From assembly GCA_046318155.1 (NCBI GenBank), contig JBKCUU010000067.1, positions 1-53,606 on the forward strand: a DNA stretch of 53,606 nucleotides, given 5' to 3'. Position 1 is the stretch's first letter, and each line of letters opens with the position of its first letter. The notes below the pieces were generated by a model. It was not told the DNA's origin and searched no databases. It saw nothing but the letters and a program-made list of their open reading frames with translations. Origin of the DNA: Bdellovibrio sp. Lineage in GTDB: Bacteria; Bdellovibrionota; Bdellovibrionia; Bdellovibrionales; Bdellovibrionaceae. Shown in pieces: positions 17,918 through 28,369 of the stretch. Both the position numbers and the translations under genes were made by a program.

Positions 17918-20344
17918 CTAAAAGCCAAAACTGTCCAGAAGTCCTTCAGGCAGGCTTGGTTTCTTTTGTCCGTCCCAAATAAAGTCAAAGTTGACCTTAA
18001 AATTGTTATCACCGCCGGTGATTCGGTACTGCGTGATGGTGAAGTACCAGCAATCTCCCGGGAGCTTGACTTGCGCCCCGTAACCGTAAGATTTGAAACG
18101 CTGCTCTGCATTTGCAGCGGGGGGGTTGACGTCATACACGACGCGGCCCAAGAGCTCCACGAAAGAAAAGTTTTTGCGGACCGAGAGAGTGTAATCTTCA
18201 GTCTTTTTGTCGGGGTCAACTTCTTGTCCAGGAGCAATGTCATTGTACAAGAGCAGGTAGCCAAGCTCGACGAAGTCATCAGATTGGTTTCGTAAACGAA
18301 CCCGTGTTGATGAGTTCGTCACTTGTTGGGACGGGTAGTAATTAGCCCTTTGGTAGATTTGGACCGAGTCAAAGTTCACTCGTAAATCTGACAACAGATC
18401 AGACCAGGGCTGCTTGCGGCGATCATCGATGCTGCTTTCGGCTTGATAGAAGTCATACGACTGCGCCAGTCGCCAAGAAACGACCTGACGGTAGTCGGGA
18501 TTGCCGTGCAACCATCTTTTTTGAATGAGCCGATTGGTCAGTGCGAGAGTCGCGAGTTTTCTGTCATAGATGCGATCGTTGTAATCAAACTGAACGCCGT
18601 AGGGCCCGTTGATATCGGCATCCGAGACATTCTCTTGTGAGAAAAATGGCGACTCTTGCTCAGAGCCAAAAAATGCGTGCGTCGGCTGTGAGATCCAAGG
18701 AATCGTCGTGAACCGAAGCTCGGGCTGAATCTCGTGCTTCAGGCGCTCGAAGCTTCCGGGCCCCTTGCTGCCATAAATTCTTGAAAAGAGTGATCGGGCA
18801 GAGATTTCGGCGCGAATGTAGCGGCGCGTATTCGAGAGATCCTCGCCCACGTTAAAAAGATACTGAGTTTCGCGGTAAGAGATTTGCGGCAGGATATCGA
18901 GAGTCTCCGCAATTTTAATTGGGCGGTAAAGAGTTGCACGGCCATCCAGTCGTTGTCCCGTTCGAATGAGATCCTTGTCGGCATTGTAAGTACCATCCCG
19001 TGATCGCCGGCAATCGGCAAAATTGTACCACTCGCTCGTCGTGCACTTGGGGTTGCCGCCACCGGCCTCCAGATGCCGGTCATTGGTGTTGTTGGGATTG
19101 TAAGCTGCATTGAGATCATCATAGGCAAATTCAGCGCGCGCAAAGTTGGTGTAGTTGAAGTCTGCCGTATAAAGCAGACCTGAACTTGCAAGAGGGCTCA
19201 TGGCTTGCGAAAACCGCAGTTCCGGAAGACGGTGAACCGCGTCACTATTGCCTGCCAAGGGGTTGGCCTGCATGAGGTTCACGTAGTACGAAGAATCAAG
19301 CGAGTAGTGCTGAGAGCGGTTGTTCTTTGTTAGAGAGACCCGGTTTTCCATGGCCGAGTCACCGTGATTACGCGTCTCGAGCGGAAAATCTTTTGGATAC
19401 TGCAAGTCACTGGCGTTGTTCAGCTGCATGCGCTGAATATAACCTTCGGGCATTTCATAATAATGTTCGTACTTTAAAAACCAGCGATCCACGATTTCAT
19501 TTTGCTCGCTGCCTGAGCGAAAGGTGTTTAGGCGCCGATCTGAAGAGAAAACCCGGTCCCGCAGGAGACCCACATCCAATTCGCCGGAGCTGTTTTCGCT
19601 GAGTGCATAGCGGTAATTGACGAGCGTCTTGAAGCCTCTAAGCTCGTAGTTCTTAAAAGTCCAAGTCGAGTCGGTCGAGCGCGACATGGCCCAGAAAAAA
19701 CTCTCGGAGAAGGTGAGCCCCCCTGAGTCTGACACCTCAAAGTCTGGTGTTAACAAACCGCTTTGGCGGTCGGACTTGAGCGGGACAATCAAATAAGGGA
19801 GCCAGATAATCGGAAAGCCACCGATTCGTAAGAAAGAGTTTTTAATGTAGGCGTAGCCCCCCAGTTCAGCGCGGATTCTTTGGCCCGAGAAACTCCAGGA
19901 CTCGGGACAGTTCGTGCACGTCGTGAATTTTGCGCCGTCGGCCAAGTAGTCAGATTCGCCCATTCGGGTAATCAGGCGGCCCTCAACGTAAACGTTGCCG
20001 GCTTGCACGTAGCCGCCATAGATGACTCCGGTGTTGGACTCGTAATCCAGATACACACGCTCGCCACCAGCGGTGGCTTTTGGGCCCACAATAATCACAT
20101 CTCCCATTGCATCAATGGTCTTGGCGCGAAAGTTAATGCGGGCCGAGGCACAAGAGAGATGTTGATCTTTAAAGATGATTTGCACATTGCCGCGCAAGTC
20201 GAGAGTATCAGCTTCGTTGTCGCGGTCCGATTCGTCGGCGCTGATCGACAGCCCCCGCAGACTGGAAAACGAAGCCTGTGCCCAGGTCACCGCAGGCAGA
20301 AGCATCAAGGTCAGTATAAGAATCAAACGAGTCAAAATTTGCAT
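17918..20344 (-). CDS. lptD: LPS assembly outer-membrane protein LptD
   Basis: Signal peptide, OstA-like N-domain (GNVQI), FTTC..CP.SW, DRQSGLLTP, LKHEIQP; start overlaps the cyclase stop (TAATG). Confidence 0.85.
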   Translation of the reverse strand: MQILTRLILILTLMLLPAVTWAQASFSSLRGLSISADESDRDNEADTLDLRGNVQIIFKDQHLSCASARINFRAKTIDAMGDVIIVGPKATAGGERVYLDYESNTGVIYGGYVQAGNVYVEGRLITRMGESDYLADGAKFTTCTNCPESWSFSGQRIRAELGGYAYIKNSFLRIGGFPIIWLPYLIVPLKSDRQSGLLTPDFEVSDSGGLTFSESFFWAMSRSTDSTWTFKNYELRGFKTLVNYRYALSENSSGELDVGLLRDRVFSSDRRLNTFRSGSEQNEIVDRWFLKYEHYYEMPEGYIQRMQLNNASDLQYPKDFPLETRNHGDSAMENRVSLTKNNRSQHYSLDSSYYVNLMQANPLAGNSDAVHRLPELRFSQAMSPLASSGLLYTADFNYTNFARAEFAYDDLNAAYNPNNTNDRHLEAGGGNPKCTTSEWYNFADCRRSRDGTYNADKDLIRTGQRLDGRATLYRPIKIAETLDILPQISYRETQYLFNVGEDLSNTRRYIRAEISARSLFSRIYGSKGPGSFERLKHEIQPELRFTTIPWISQPTHAFFGSEQESPFFSQENVSDADINGPYGVQFDYNDRIYDRKLATLALTNRLIQKRWLHGNPDYRQVVSWRLAQSYDFYQAESSIDDRRKQPWSDLLSDLRVNFDSVQIYQRANYYPSQQVTNSSTRVRLRNQSDDFVELGYLLLYNDIAPGQEVDPDKKTEDYTLSVRKNFSFVELLGRVVYDVNPPAANAEQRFKSYGYGAQVKLPGDCWYFTITQYRITGGDNNFKVNFDFIWDGQKKPSLPEGLLDSFGF

Positions 20345-23148
20345 TACTTCGTTTTCATGACAAAGACACCATCCCAATCAGAGGGTGGCGGTTGATTCAC
20401 ATACTCGGCACAGCGTTCAATGTAGATTTTGGAAACGGGGTCTCCAGGTCTTGCGATCAAGGCTTCTTGAAACTTAAGTCCTGCCGCTTTAAATTTTTTC
20501 TCGTGATAGAGCGCAAAGCCCTGATTAAAGTGAGCCAGGCAGCTCGTCCATTCGATGGGCGGCTCTCCTTCGCAGATCAGTTCAAAAATGCGAACGGGCT
20601 CGTTCTTGCCTTTGACTTTGACCCAATCTACTTCGCGGGCCGTGAATGCTTCTTTCACGTCGCCATAGGTGAACTGACTGATCATGATTCGGGTTCCGTA
20701 TTCTTTGTTAATGCCTTCAAGTCTCGAGGCCAAATTGACCCCGTCACCCATGACCGTATAGCTACGAACCGTATCGGAGCCCATGTTGCCGACACTCATA
20801 TCAGAGGTGTTAATCCCGATTCCGATATCAATCTCGGGGAGCCCTTGCTCTTTGAACTCTTTTTGGATCTCTTTCAATTTTTCAATGGACTGCAAGGCAC
20901 AGCGACAAGCGAATTTTGCATGATCAGGATAATGGATGGGAGCACCAAAAAAAGCCATGACGGCATCACCCATGTACTTATCCAAGGTTCCTCGATTGGC
21001 AAAAACCAAATCCGTCATCGGCGTCAGGTAACGATTCAAAACATCAGACAAAACTTGGGGATCCAACTTTTCCGAGATGGTTGTAAAGCCACGAACATCA
21101 GAAAAGAACACCGACATACGTAATTTTTTTCCACCTAGCTCGATGTTCTCGGGGCTTTTTAGAATTTCATCAACAACCGCCGGCGAAACGTACTTGGCAA
21201 AGGTGCTCTTCAAGTGCTGCTTCTTACGCTCTTCAGTAAAGTACTTGTACAGGGTTAAAAACAGATAAACGCTCACAATGAGCAAGGCGGGAAGTGCCAT
21301 CGTGCCGACGATTCCGCGTCGAAGAAGCCATTGGTCGACGAACACCAAGCTGGCCTCTGCACAAAATGTGACGAAAAAACCAAGGAGTGCGCCGGTCTGC
21401 GCGACCGCGAAACTTAAAATTAAACCCACTAAAATCAAAGCCCAAGTCATTTTGAATTCTTCTTGGCCATCAACTCGCAAGAAGTTGTTTTCAAAAAGAT
21501 TGGCAAGAACGGTCAGGTGAGTCTCTGGACCGGGATAGTTTTTCTCAAACGGTGTGACTCGAAGGTCGTAAACGCCAATGGCGGTCGATCCAAAGAGGAA
21601 GGTTTTATCTTTGATAAAGTCTGCTTTTTTAACTTCAGTTTCTCGATCAACGTAACGGCGAATTTCAGGTTCCCAAACGCGCTCTTGGATTTTCATTGTT
21701 GAGCTATTGGTGAAGAGTTCTTTGGCGGCGACGTAAGGGAACATCCGCGTTCCGCCGGCGTAGTTAATTTTGAGTCGACCTTGCCCGTCGACGGGAATGC
21801 TCATGATGAGTTTGCCTTCTTTATTGATGTCCTTGACCGTAAACGACTTGATATTTTTCTGAAGGGGATTTTTGGGATCGTAATCGATTTCGACTTCTGC
21901 CTGATAGCCAGGATGTGCAGCAAGGTAGGTCTGCAGGGCAAGTGAAGGAACAAAGCTGACGCCAAGCCGGTTCCCGGTGCGACTAAAGAGGGGATTCTTG
22001 CGGATCTTCCCGTCATTATCTTGGACGGCGTGAAACGAGCCCGTGTAAATCGCGGACTCTTGCAGTTGATCGATGTTGATAGTCCATGAGAGGAATTGGG
22101 GCATGGGGTAGTCGAGCACCATTTGGGTAAACTTCGTGGTTGCTTGCTTGGAGTCAAGGCCTTGTAAGGTTTTGTTTGTGCTGGCGATCATGCCGAAAAA
22201 CTTTTCGGATGTGGGTCCAAACTCGTCTTGGTTGGTGAGCCAGCGATCGCAGTAGCGCATGATTTCAGACTCAATCATGTATTTTAATTTTTTTTTCTGC
22301 TGCTCAGCCAGCTCTGCCAAGGAGGTCTTTTGAAATTCGTTTTTGAGGCTGTTGGCGACGGTCTTTTTTTCGACTTCGTCAAACAAGGGGGTAAACAGTT
22401 TGCTAAAGTCGACACTTTCAAAAAGGTCGGTGTTATCGATGACGACGAAGCTGATGTTGTCGATTTTAATAAATTTTGAGGAGTTGGTGCGCTGAAAGGC
22501 TTCATTGCGGCAGTAATCCGAATAAGCCGAGCGCAGGTTCTCGGTATGCTCTTCAGGAAAGGCGCCAAGAACAATTTTATCTTTGTGGTTCTCGATCGAT
22601 TGGGCCAGTGAGCGATCAGGATTTGACTTGGCCTTTTCTTCATCAAGGACGGATTTGATGTGAGCGGGGAGGCTTGGAAGTTTCGCTTCAATTTTCTGAA
22701 CGGTCTCAAGCCTGATATCTTCTTGGGGTTCGGCGAATACAATATCGAATCCGACTGCGCGGGCACCGTACTTATTCATTTCTTCGACGATGTGGGCGAT
22801 TTTTTCTCGGCTCCAGGGCCAGCGGCCCACTTCTTCAATCGATCGGTCATCAATAGTGAGGAGCGCGACCGGTGCCTCACTCTTACGCTCGCCTCGAAGC
22901 AAGAAGCGGGTATCGGTCAGCAAGAAGTCCAGTCCCTCGACTGCACGAAAAATGGTGGTCGTGACTTTACCATCATTGAGATCAATTTTGTTTTGATTGC
23001 GGACTTGGTAAAAGGTCCGCGCAAAATAGACAAAGGTCGCAGTAATCACAATCCCGACGAAGAACGGGGATTTCAAAAAGTGAATCGCTTCAACGAGGTA
23101 AGGGTGGAGAGGGACGGCTTTTCTTTCTTTTGGTGTTTTTGCTTTCAT
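20344..23148 (-). CDS. CHASE2-domain class III adenylate cyclase
   Basis: GRWPWSR and GFDIVFAEP (CHASE2); TM helices; FSDVRGFT, DKYMGDAVM, YTVMGDGVNLASRLEG (Lys/Thr ATP-specifying residues); TPR-like tail. Confidence 0.93.
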   Translation of the reverse strand: MKAKTPKERKAVPLHPYLVEAIHFLKSPFFVGIVITATFVYFARTFYQVRNQNKIDLNDGKVTTTIFRAVEGLDFLLTDTRFLLRGERKSEAPVALLTIDDRSIEEVGRWPWSREKIAHIVEEMNKYGARAVGFDIVFAEPQEDIRLETVQKIEAKLPSLPAHIKSVLDEEKAKSNPDRSLAQSIENHKDKIVLGAFPEEHTENLRSAYSDYCRNEAFQRTNSSKFIKIDNISFVVIDNTDLFESVDFSKLFTPLFDEVEKKTVANSLKNEFQKTSLAELAEQQKKKLKYMIESEIMRYCDRWLTNQDEFGPTSEKFFGMIASTNKTLQGLDSKQATTKFTQMVLDYPMPQFLSWTINIDQLQESAIYTGSFHAVQDNDGKIRKNPLFSRTGNRLGVSFVPSLALQTYLAAHPGYQAEVEIDYDPKNPLQKNIKSFTVKDINKEGKLIMSIPVDGQGRLKINYAGGTRMFPYVAAKELFTNSSTMKIQERVWEPEIRRYVDRETEVKKADFIKDKTFLFGSTAIGVYDLRVTPFEKNYPGPETHLTVLANLFENNFLRVDGQEEFKMTWALILVGLILSFAVAQTGALLGFFVTFCAEASLVFVDQWLLRRGIVGTMALPALLIVSVYLFLTLYKYFTEERKKQHLKSTFAKYVSPAVVDEILKSPENIELGGKKLRMSVFFSDVRGFTTISEKLDPQVLSDVLNRYLTPMTDLVFANRGTLDKYMGDAVMAFFGAPIHYPDHAKFACRCALQSIEKLKEIQKEFKEQGLPEIDIGIGINTSDMSVGNMGSDTVRSYTVMGDGVNLASRLEGINKEYGTRIMISQFTYGDVKEAFTAREVDWVKVKGKNEPVRIFELICEGEPPIEWTSCLAHFNQGFALYHEKKFKAAGLKFQEALIARPGDPVSKIYIERCAEYVNQPPPSDWDGVFVMKTK

Positions 23149-23290
23149 GCAGGGTTAAAGTCTATGAATAAAGAACCGGGATGTCAGGATTTTATTCTAG
23201 GTTTTTGAATCTAAAGTGCGCCCCCGTCGTTTCTCGACTCGTGAGATGGGCAGTGTCATCCGATCTTTCAAATGTTCAGGAGGAACATTC

Positions 23291-23686
23291 ATGCAAGCCT
23301 ATCTTAAGCGTCATGGTGACATCACGGTCATTTCAATCCAAGGTCCCTTGAACATCGAAGAGACTCAGCCATTTCGAGAAGCTTGTTTGAAACACTTGGT
23401 TGGGCAAAAGGTCGTTTTCAACTTAGCAGGAGCAAACTTCGTCGGCTCAACCGGCTTGCAGGCATTTATGGAAACAATCAAAGCCTTTGATCAAGGGACG
23501 ACGCACGGGGTACGGTTTGTCGCGGCAAAAAGCGAATTTCGCCGCATGATTTCCAATCTCAAAGCCAAGCGGATTGAATTTTTCGAACAAGAGAACCAGG
23601 CTCTTAAAGATTGGCCTCTCCTTTTCGAAGTTGATTCAACTTTGAGCTTAGCTCCTGATTTAACTTCTCTAGAGATTGAAGAGTGA
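23291..23686 (+). CDS. STAS-domain (anti-sigma factor antagonist-like) protein
   Basis: VVFNLAGANFVGSTGL; GGAGG RBS before ATG 23291. Confidence 0.8.
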   Translation: MQAYLKRHGDITVISIQGPLNIEETQPFREACLKHLVGQKVVFNLAGANFVGSTGLQAFMETIKAFDQGTTHGVRFVAAKSEFRRMISNLKAKRIEFFEQENQALKDWPLLFEVDSTLSLAPDLTSLEIEE

Positions 23687-24692
23687 GCTGTAGCTTCTCG
23701 GTCTCTTCACATTTATTGGTCCACAAGAAGCGCAAGGAGGACAGCTGCTCTTGCAACTGATCAGCCCTGTGCTTTTGTCGTTCAGATTCTTGCTGGATAG
23801 CTTGAAGTTTAGTGTTCAAGCTCATGTTTTTATAGCGCTCTTCAAGTAAATCTCTTTTTGCTGCTTCGCCTTCGAGTTCTTTCTCGAGGAGACTGGCCGA
23901 ATAGCTTTGTTTAGATTCGTCCTGGGCTCGCCTCAAAGCAATAATCACATTTTCGAGCTCATCTTGGCGCATCAACGCGTTCTCAAGTTGGTCGGCCTTT
24001 CCCTCAAGAATAACATTGATCTTACGGAGCTCCGAAAGCTCAAGCTGAAGCTGTGATTTCTCGTTTTCAAAGAGAGCGACAAGCTCGCGTGTTTGCAGAT
24101 CTTGGCGTTTGAATTGGTCGTCCATCTCTTGGCGGAGTTCGCGAACACGGCGCTCGATTTGGAGGCGCTTTCCTTCCTTGGCTTCAATCTCGTCAGTTAA
24201 CTTTCGAATCTCGAGAGTTAAGTTTTGTGCGTAAGCTTTGAGCTGCTGGATGTAAGGTTTGACCTGATGCCGGATCTTTTCGTGGTACTTTTTGTACCGT
24301 TCGATCTTTTCTTCCATCTGTTCAAGCTCAGGAAAGCGAGAGCGAATCATGTTCAGCTCGCCTTCAAACTTTGAGTTTTTTTGCTGCCAGTAGTTTTCTT
24401 TTTCTTTCCAAATCAAAAGCTGATCGCAGAGCGAGGCATTTTCGGTGCGGACTTGGTGGTCGTTCTGCTTCAGGGAATCGTTCTCGGCCTCAAGGGCAGT
24501 CAATCGTCGAAGTGTTACTTTAAGTCGAGCCATTAAGTCTTCGTTTTGTGACAGCAAAGCTTCGACGGTCGATGAGGTGCGATGAGGCGGTGTCATGAGC
24601 TGGGGTGCCTGATCGGGCGTGGGTGGTAACTCCTCGCGAAAGTCGAGATGAGCGACGTCCGAAAAGGGGGGTTGGAAAGATCCATTTTCCAT
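23604..24692 (-). CDS. Coiled-coil protein with Pro-rich N-terminus
   Basis: Heptad-rich E/Q/K/L sequence over about 320 aa; GGAGG RBS. Confidence 0.8.
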   Translation of the reverse strand: MENGSFQPPFSDVAHLDFREELPPTPDQAPQLMTPPHRTSSTVEALLSQNEDLMARLKVTLRRLTALEAENDSLKQNDHQVRTENASLCDQLLIWKEKENYWQQKNSKFEGELNMIRSRFPELEQMEEKIERYKKYHEKIRHQVKPYIQQLKAYAQNLTLEIRKLTDEIEAKEGKRLQIERRVRELRQEMDDQFKRQDLQTRELVALFENEKSQLQLELSELRKINVILEGKADQLENALMRQDELENVIIALRRAQDESKQSYSASLLEKELEGEAAKRDLLEERYKNMSLNTKLQAIQQESERQKHRADQLQEQLSSLRFLWTNKCEETEKLQLTLQSLEKLNQELSSKLNQLRKGEANL

Positions 24693-24877
24693 TCTTGCCT
24701 CCCAATAAAGCAGAGATTGAGCGGACCGTTCTGGTCCGACTCTTTCATTGTTGCTCGGAACAGACGTTCTGTCAAAAAGCTCGACAAAAGATCAGACATT
24801 GTTAGGTCCTAGGTCGGGTTCCTGCTTTGTCTTGCTTGGGTTTTTAGGTTCAAGCGGCAATCTTGAAAATAAAAAAC

Positions 24878-24905
24878 TCAACTGGGCTTTTGTTTGGGCC
24901 GATAG
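24878..24905 (+). promoter_or_regulatory. Candidate sigma28 (FliA) promoter
   Basis: TCAA-N16-GCCGATAG, 7 nt before ATG 24913. Confidence 0.45.
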
Positions 24906-24912
24906 GTCCAGT

Positions 24913-25461
24913 ATGGGTTTACCGGCTAAAACGAACCAGTTCCAGCAAGTGCAATTCGAACGTCATGAAATGGGCAAGGCTGACACGCTTCGCTACAACG
25001 TGATCTCGTTTGTCGTTGAGGGCCAGTATGAACGCGCGATTTCGGAACTTCGAGATTTTGGTAATCGCGATTCTGAGTACCCAAGGTTCAAAGAGAAAAC
25101 AGACAGATACATTAGTCATGCCATAGATCTGGTTAATGCGGTTCGAGCCAAGCGAAACTTTCAGGGCGCCCAGTACATGACGATAGCAAAGCAGCAAGAA
25201 CTCAATGACCGATTCCGTGCACATTACGCAGAATTACAGCTCGTACTTAAACGGATTGAGAAAATACATCTGGATCTTCAAATCGAAGACTCGCGCTCGA
25301 CTATTTTGGTGATGCGTGCCCTGATCCACTCGGTCCTTGCTATTGTCCTTGTTGCCTTTGTTCTCGAGGCACAGGGCGGCCTGTTCAGCACATTTCACTA
25401 CGTTGTCGATGATGGATTGGACCAGTCGATCAACTGGGTCTTCGATAAAGTTGGCTGGTAG
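24913..25461 (+). CDS. Hypothetical protein with C-terminal TM helix
   Basis: Helical soluble domain followed by ILVMRALIHSVLAIVLVAFVL. Confidence 0.7.
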   Translation: MGLPAKTNQFQQVQFERHEMGKADTLRYNVISFVVEGQYERAISELRDFGNRDSEYPRFKEKTDRYISHAIDLVNAVRAKRNFQGAQYMTIAKQQELNDRFRAHYAELQLVLKRIEKIHLDLQIEDSRSTILVMRALIHSVLAIVLVAFVLEAQGGLFSTFHYVVDDGLDQSINWVFDKVGW

Positions 25462-25477
25462 TCGACCAGACAAGCAA

Positions 25478-26686
25478 CTAAGGATTTTTAGCTTTGCGGT
25501 AAATGGCGTCCAGCACAGGGAGTGCTTGGCCCCTGTCTACTTTTCGTCCATTCAAAAACACGGCCGGCGTTCCTTGGATGTTGGCATTTTGACCTTCTTT
25601 GGTCATTGAAGTGATGAGATCCATGATGTCAGACTGGCCCATGCAAGTTTTGAGGTCTTCAAGTTTCAGCTGAAGAGCCTGGCTGAACTCTTGGAGTTGC
25701 TCATCATATTGCGCAAAATTCAAAACAGCTTGGCGTGCAAAAATCCAATCGAGGCTGGACCATCCTTTTTGCGCGAGTTTCTCGGCGCAAAACAGGGCGT
25801 AAGACCATTGGCAGCGCATGCCATCACCTTTGCGACTGATCGCTTGGTTGCAGGTTCCATCGAGAGGAAAGATTTTTAAAACTAATTTCGTATCGGGGCG
25901 GCTCTCGGCAAAGGCATGCAGAGAGGGCGTGGCAGATTTGCAGTGAGGACAAAAGAGATCAATAAATTCGATGAGTGTTGCTGCTGTTGGGGCAGAGCTT
26001 GCCTGGAAACTGAGACCTTTGGTTGGATCAAACTCAGCCTGCGTGCTGGCGGTCCAGTCGTTCAGGCTTTCTTGAATGACGATATCGAGTTTTCCGGCGC
26101 CGTAAGAGTCGAGCATCACCTTGTTGCCAAAAAATCCAAGAGCTGGAATCGCAATGAAAAACAGCAACAAAACTTTGCCGGTACCAAACAGTGCCGACAT
26201 GTCATTGCTCAAGGGATCAAGGCGATTTTTTGACCAGATCCAAGTGCCTGCAAAGGTTCCGACCGAGGCTGCGTAGGTGCCGATGCAAAAAAGGCAGTAG
26301 GTTCCGAGTTTCATCGAAGAGATCGCGCCCATGATAACCGAAGCCAACATGATGCCGCCAGAAAGAAGGAGACCGAGCCGAGTCCACAAGCGGGCTTGTC
26401 CGGCGATGCCGGTCCAGGCGCCTAGAAACAAAACCAAGAAAATCAGGTTTGTGACGAGCCCCCAAAGGGCCACGGGAACTTTTAGAAAGCTGGCGTAGGG
26501 GCTGATGGCAACGACTTCGCAGTTAAAAGCCGCCGAGACGTTGCAGAGGCTTTTACCGGTACTGACGCCAAGCTTGAGTTGGTAAAACTCGACCGTGAGG
26601 TAGGCGTGGAGGGCAAGGGCGACCAGCGTTGAGGCGACGGCGATCCAGGCCCAGACGTTTAGATTTTGGACATTGCTGTTTTTCAT
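25478..26686 (-). CDS. VKOR-DsbA fusion disulfide-bond formation protein
   Basis: VKOR loop C.VS..FNC.VV..SPYA and YCLFC; DsbA domain CPHC and GTP. Confidence 0.9.
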   Translation of the reverse strand: MKNSNVQNLNVWAWIAVASTLVALALHAYLTVEFYQLKLGVSTGKSLCNVSAAFNCEVVAISPYASFLKVPVALWGLVTNLIFLVLFLGAWTGIAGQARLWTRLGLLLSGGIMLASVIMGAISSMKLGTYCLFCIGTYAASVGTFAGTWIWSKNRLDPLSNDMSALFGTGKVLLLFFIAIPALGFFGNKVMLDSYGAGKLDIVIQESLNDWTASTQAEFDPTKGLSFQASSAPTAATLIEFIDLFCPHCKSATPSLHAFAESRPDTKLVLKIFPLDGTCNQAISRKGDGMRCQWSYALFCAEKLAQKGWSSLDWIFARQAVLNFAQYDEQLQEFSQALQLKLEDLKTCMGQSDIMDLITSMTKEGQNANIQGTPAVFLNGRKVDRGQALPVLDAIYRKAKNP

Positions 26687-26759
26687 AGCGTCCAGCAGAT
26701 CAGTTTTCCGGTTTGAAATCAACCCGAAGATCGTGACACAATGATGCGGGAAGCTCTGC

Positions 26760-28355
26760 ATGCAACCATGGATTCGCATTCGAAATCAGCTCTACCGACG
26801 TCTAGAGGCGCATGTGCGCCTTCTGTTGGGTCAAGAATCCAAAGGACTGACCCGCTACCGTAAAAACTACGATCATGAGTTTGCTCGAAAGCCCAAAGTT
26901 TCAAGCCGGGAACAGCTGGTTGAGGAGATCTCGCGGAGTTCGGTGATTCTGATTGGTGATTTTCATGCCCTTCAGCAATCACAGAAAGCCCAGCTGAGAA
27001 TTCTAAAGTCGATTCCCAATCAGCGTCGAATCGTGCTTGCGGCCGAGTTTTTTGAAGCTCGGCACCAGAAAATTTTAGATCAATTTGTCAGCGGACAGGT
27101 CAGTGAGTCCGATTTTTTAAAGGCGATTCAGTGGCAAAAGGCGTGGGGCTTTCCGTGGGAGCACTACCGCCCGCTGATTCGCTGGGCCATGAAGCGTAAA
27201 GTTCGGGTCGTTGGCATCAACAAAAAAACAAAGAATCGTTCGATCACGACTCTGGCTCAAAGAGACCAGTTCGCGGCGCAGAAAATCGCAGAGATCCGTC
27301 ACAAGGTGCCCGACCATCTCGTTGTTTGTATTTACGGCGATCTGCATTTAGCGGCGCCGCATTTGCCCCGCCAGATCGAACGTCTGTTGAGCGGTCAAAG
27401 CGAGCGTCTACTCACAATTTTTCAGAACTCCGAAAAATTGTATTTTCAGTTGCTCGAGAAGGGTTTAGAGCTCGAAGTTGATGTGGTTCGTTTATCCAAG
27501 AATCAGTTTTGTCTTCTGAATGTGCCCCCTTGGGTGAAGTGGCAGAACTATTTGCTTTTTCTTGAGAATCACCTCGACCAAGAAATTCGGGACGGTTCGG
27601 ATTATCACGATGAAGTGCAAAACTATCTGCAGATCTTGGAGCATGATTTGGCCGTCAAGGTTCCGCTAGGAAGTTACTCGGTGGCTTCAGCGCAAGAGCG
27701 ACACTTCTGGGATCAAGTCTCGCAGAAGTTTTCTGAAAAAGACCGTAAGTTCCTTCAAGGCTGGGTCGAAAAGGGAGCTAGCTTTTATTTGCCCGAGTTG
27801 CAAAGCGGCTTTTTAGCCCGACCGAGCGTCAATCATGCAGCTCAGCTCGCCTCGGGCATCTTGCATGCTCATATGAGCGATTGGAAAACGACGCCTGTCA
27901 AGATGCCCGATGATTTTTTGAAACTGATTTGGATCGAAACGGTTCAGTATTTTGGAACCAAGTTGATCAATCCAAAACGCAAGACTGATACGCTTCAGGA
28001 TATCAAAGCTTCGCTTGCAGTTCGCCTTCCTGATGACCTCGGAAAAGAAGCTCTTCAACTCGCTTTAGGCCAAAAGATGAATGAACTTCTTGCGATTTCG
28101 GGGCAGGGACTCAAGCGTCCTCTCATACAGCCTCGAAAGATGAGCAGTTATCACGAAGCGGCTCGACTTCTTGGCGGGATGCTTGGTGAAAAGCTTTTCT
28201 TGGGGTATCATCAGAAAGCTTTATCAAAAGAAACTGTCGTGGGGTTGATCCGGCGTCCAGTCGAGGAAGACTCGTTTCGGCTTTTTTATTACGAAGTTTT
28301 AGAATTGATCGAGAGTCTTCCTGAACCTTTTCTTTCTAAGAACGAAAAATTGTGA
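26760..28355 (+). CDS. ChaN/EreA-like domain protein
   Basis: ILIGDFH, LAAEFF, WGFPWEHYRP, RDQFAA and YGDLHL motifs; no signal peptide. Confidence 0.7.
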   Translation: MQPWIRIRNQLYRRLEAHVRLLLGQESKGLTRYRKNYDHEFARKPKVSSREQLVEEISRSSVILIGDFHALQQSQKAQLRILKSIPNQRRIVLAAEFFEARHQKILDQFVSGQVSESDFLKAIQWQKAWGFPWEHYRPLIRWAMKRKVRVVGINKKTKNRSITTLAQRDQFAAQKIAEIRHKVPDHLVVCIYGDLHLAAPHLPRQIERLLSGQSERLLTIFQNSEKLYFQLLEKGLELEVDVVRLSKNQFCLLNVPPWVKWQNYLLFLENHLDQEIRDGSDYHDEVQNYLQILEHDLAVKVPLGSYSVASAQERHFWDQVSQKFSEKDRKFLQGWVEKGASFYLPELQSGFLARPSVNHAAQLASGILHAHMSDWKTTPVKMPDDFLKLIWIETVQYFGTKLINPKRKTDTLQDIKASLAVRLPDDLGKEALQLALGQKMNELLAISGQGLKRPLIQPRKMSSYHEAARLLGGMLGEKLFLGYHQKALSKETVVGLIRRPVEEDSFRLFYYEVLELIESLPEPFLSKNEKL

Positions 28356-28369
28356 AACACTAGTTGATA

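Noticed and set aside
25478..26686. VKOR-DsbA fusion as a novelty
   Set aside because: VKOR-thioredoxin-fold fusions are an established DsbB alternative
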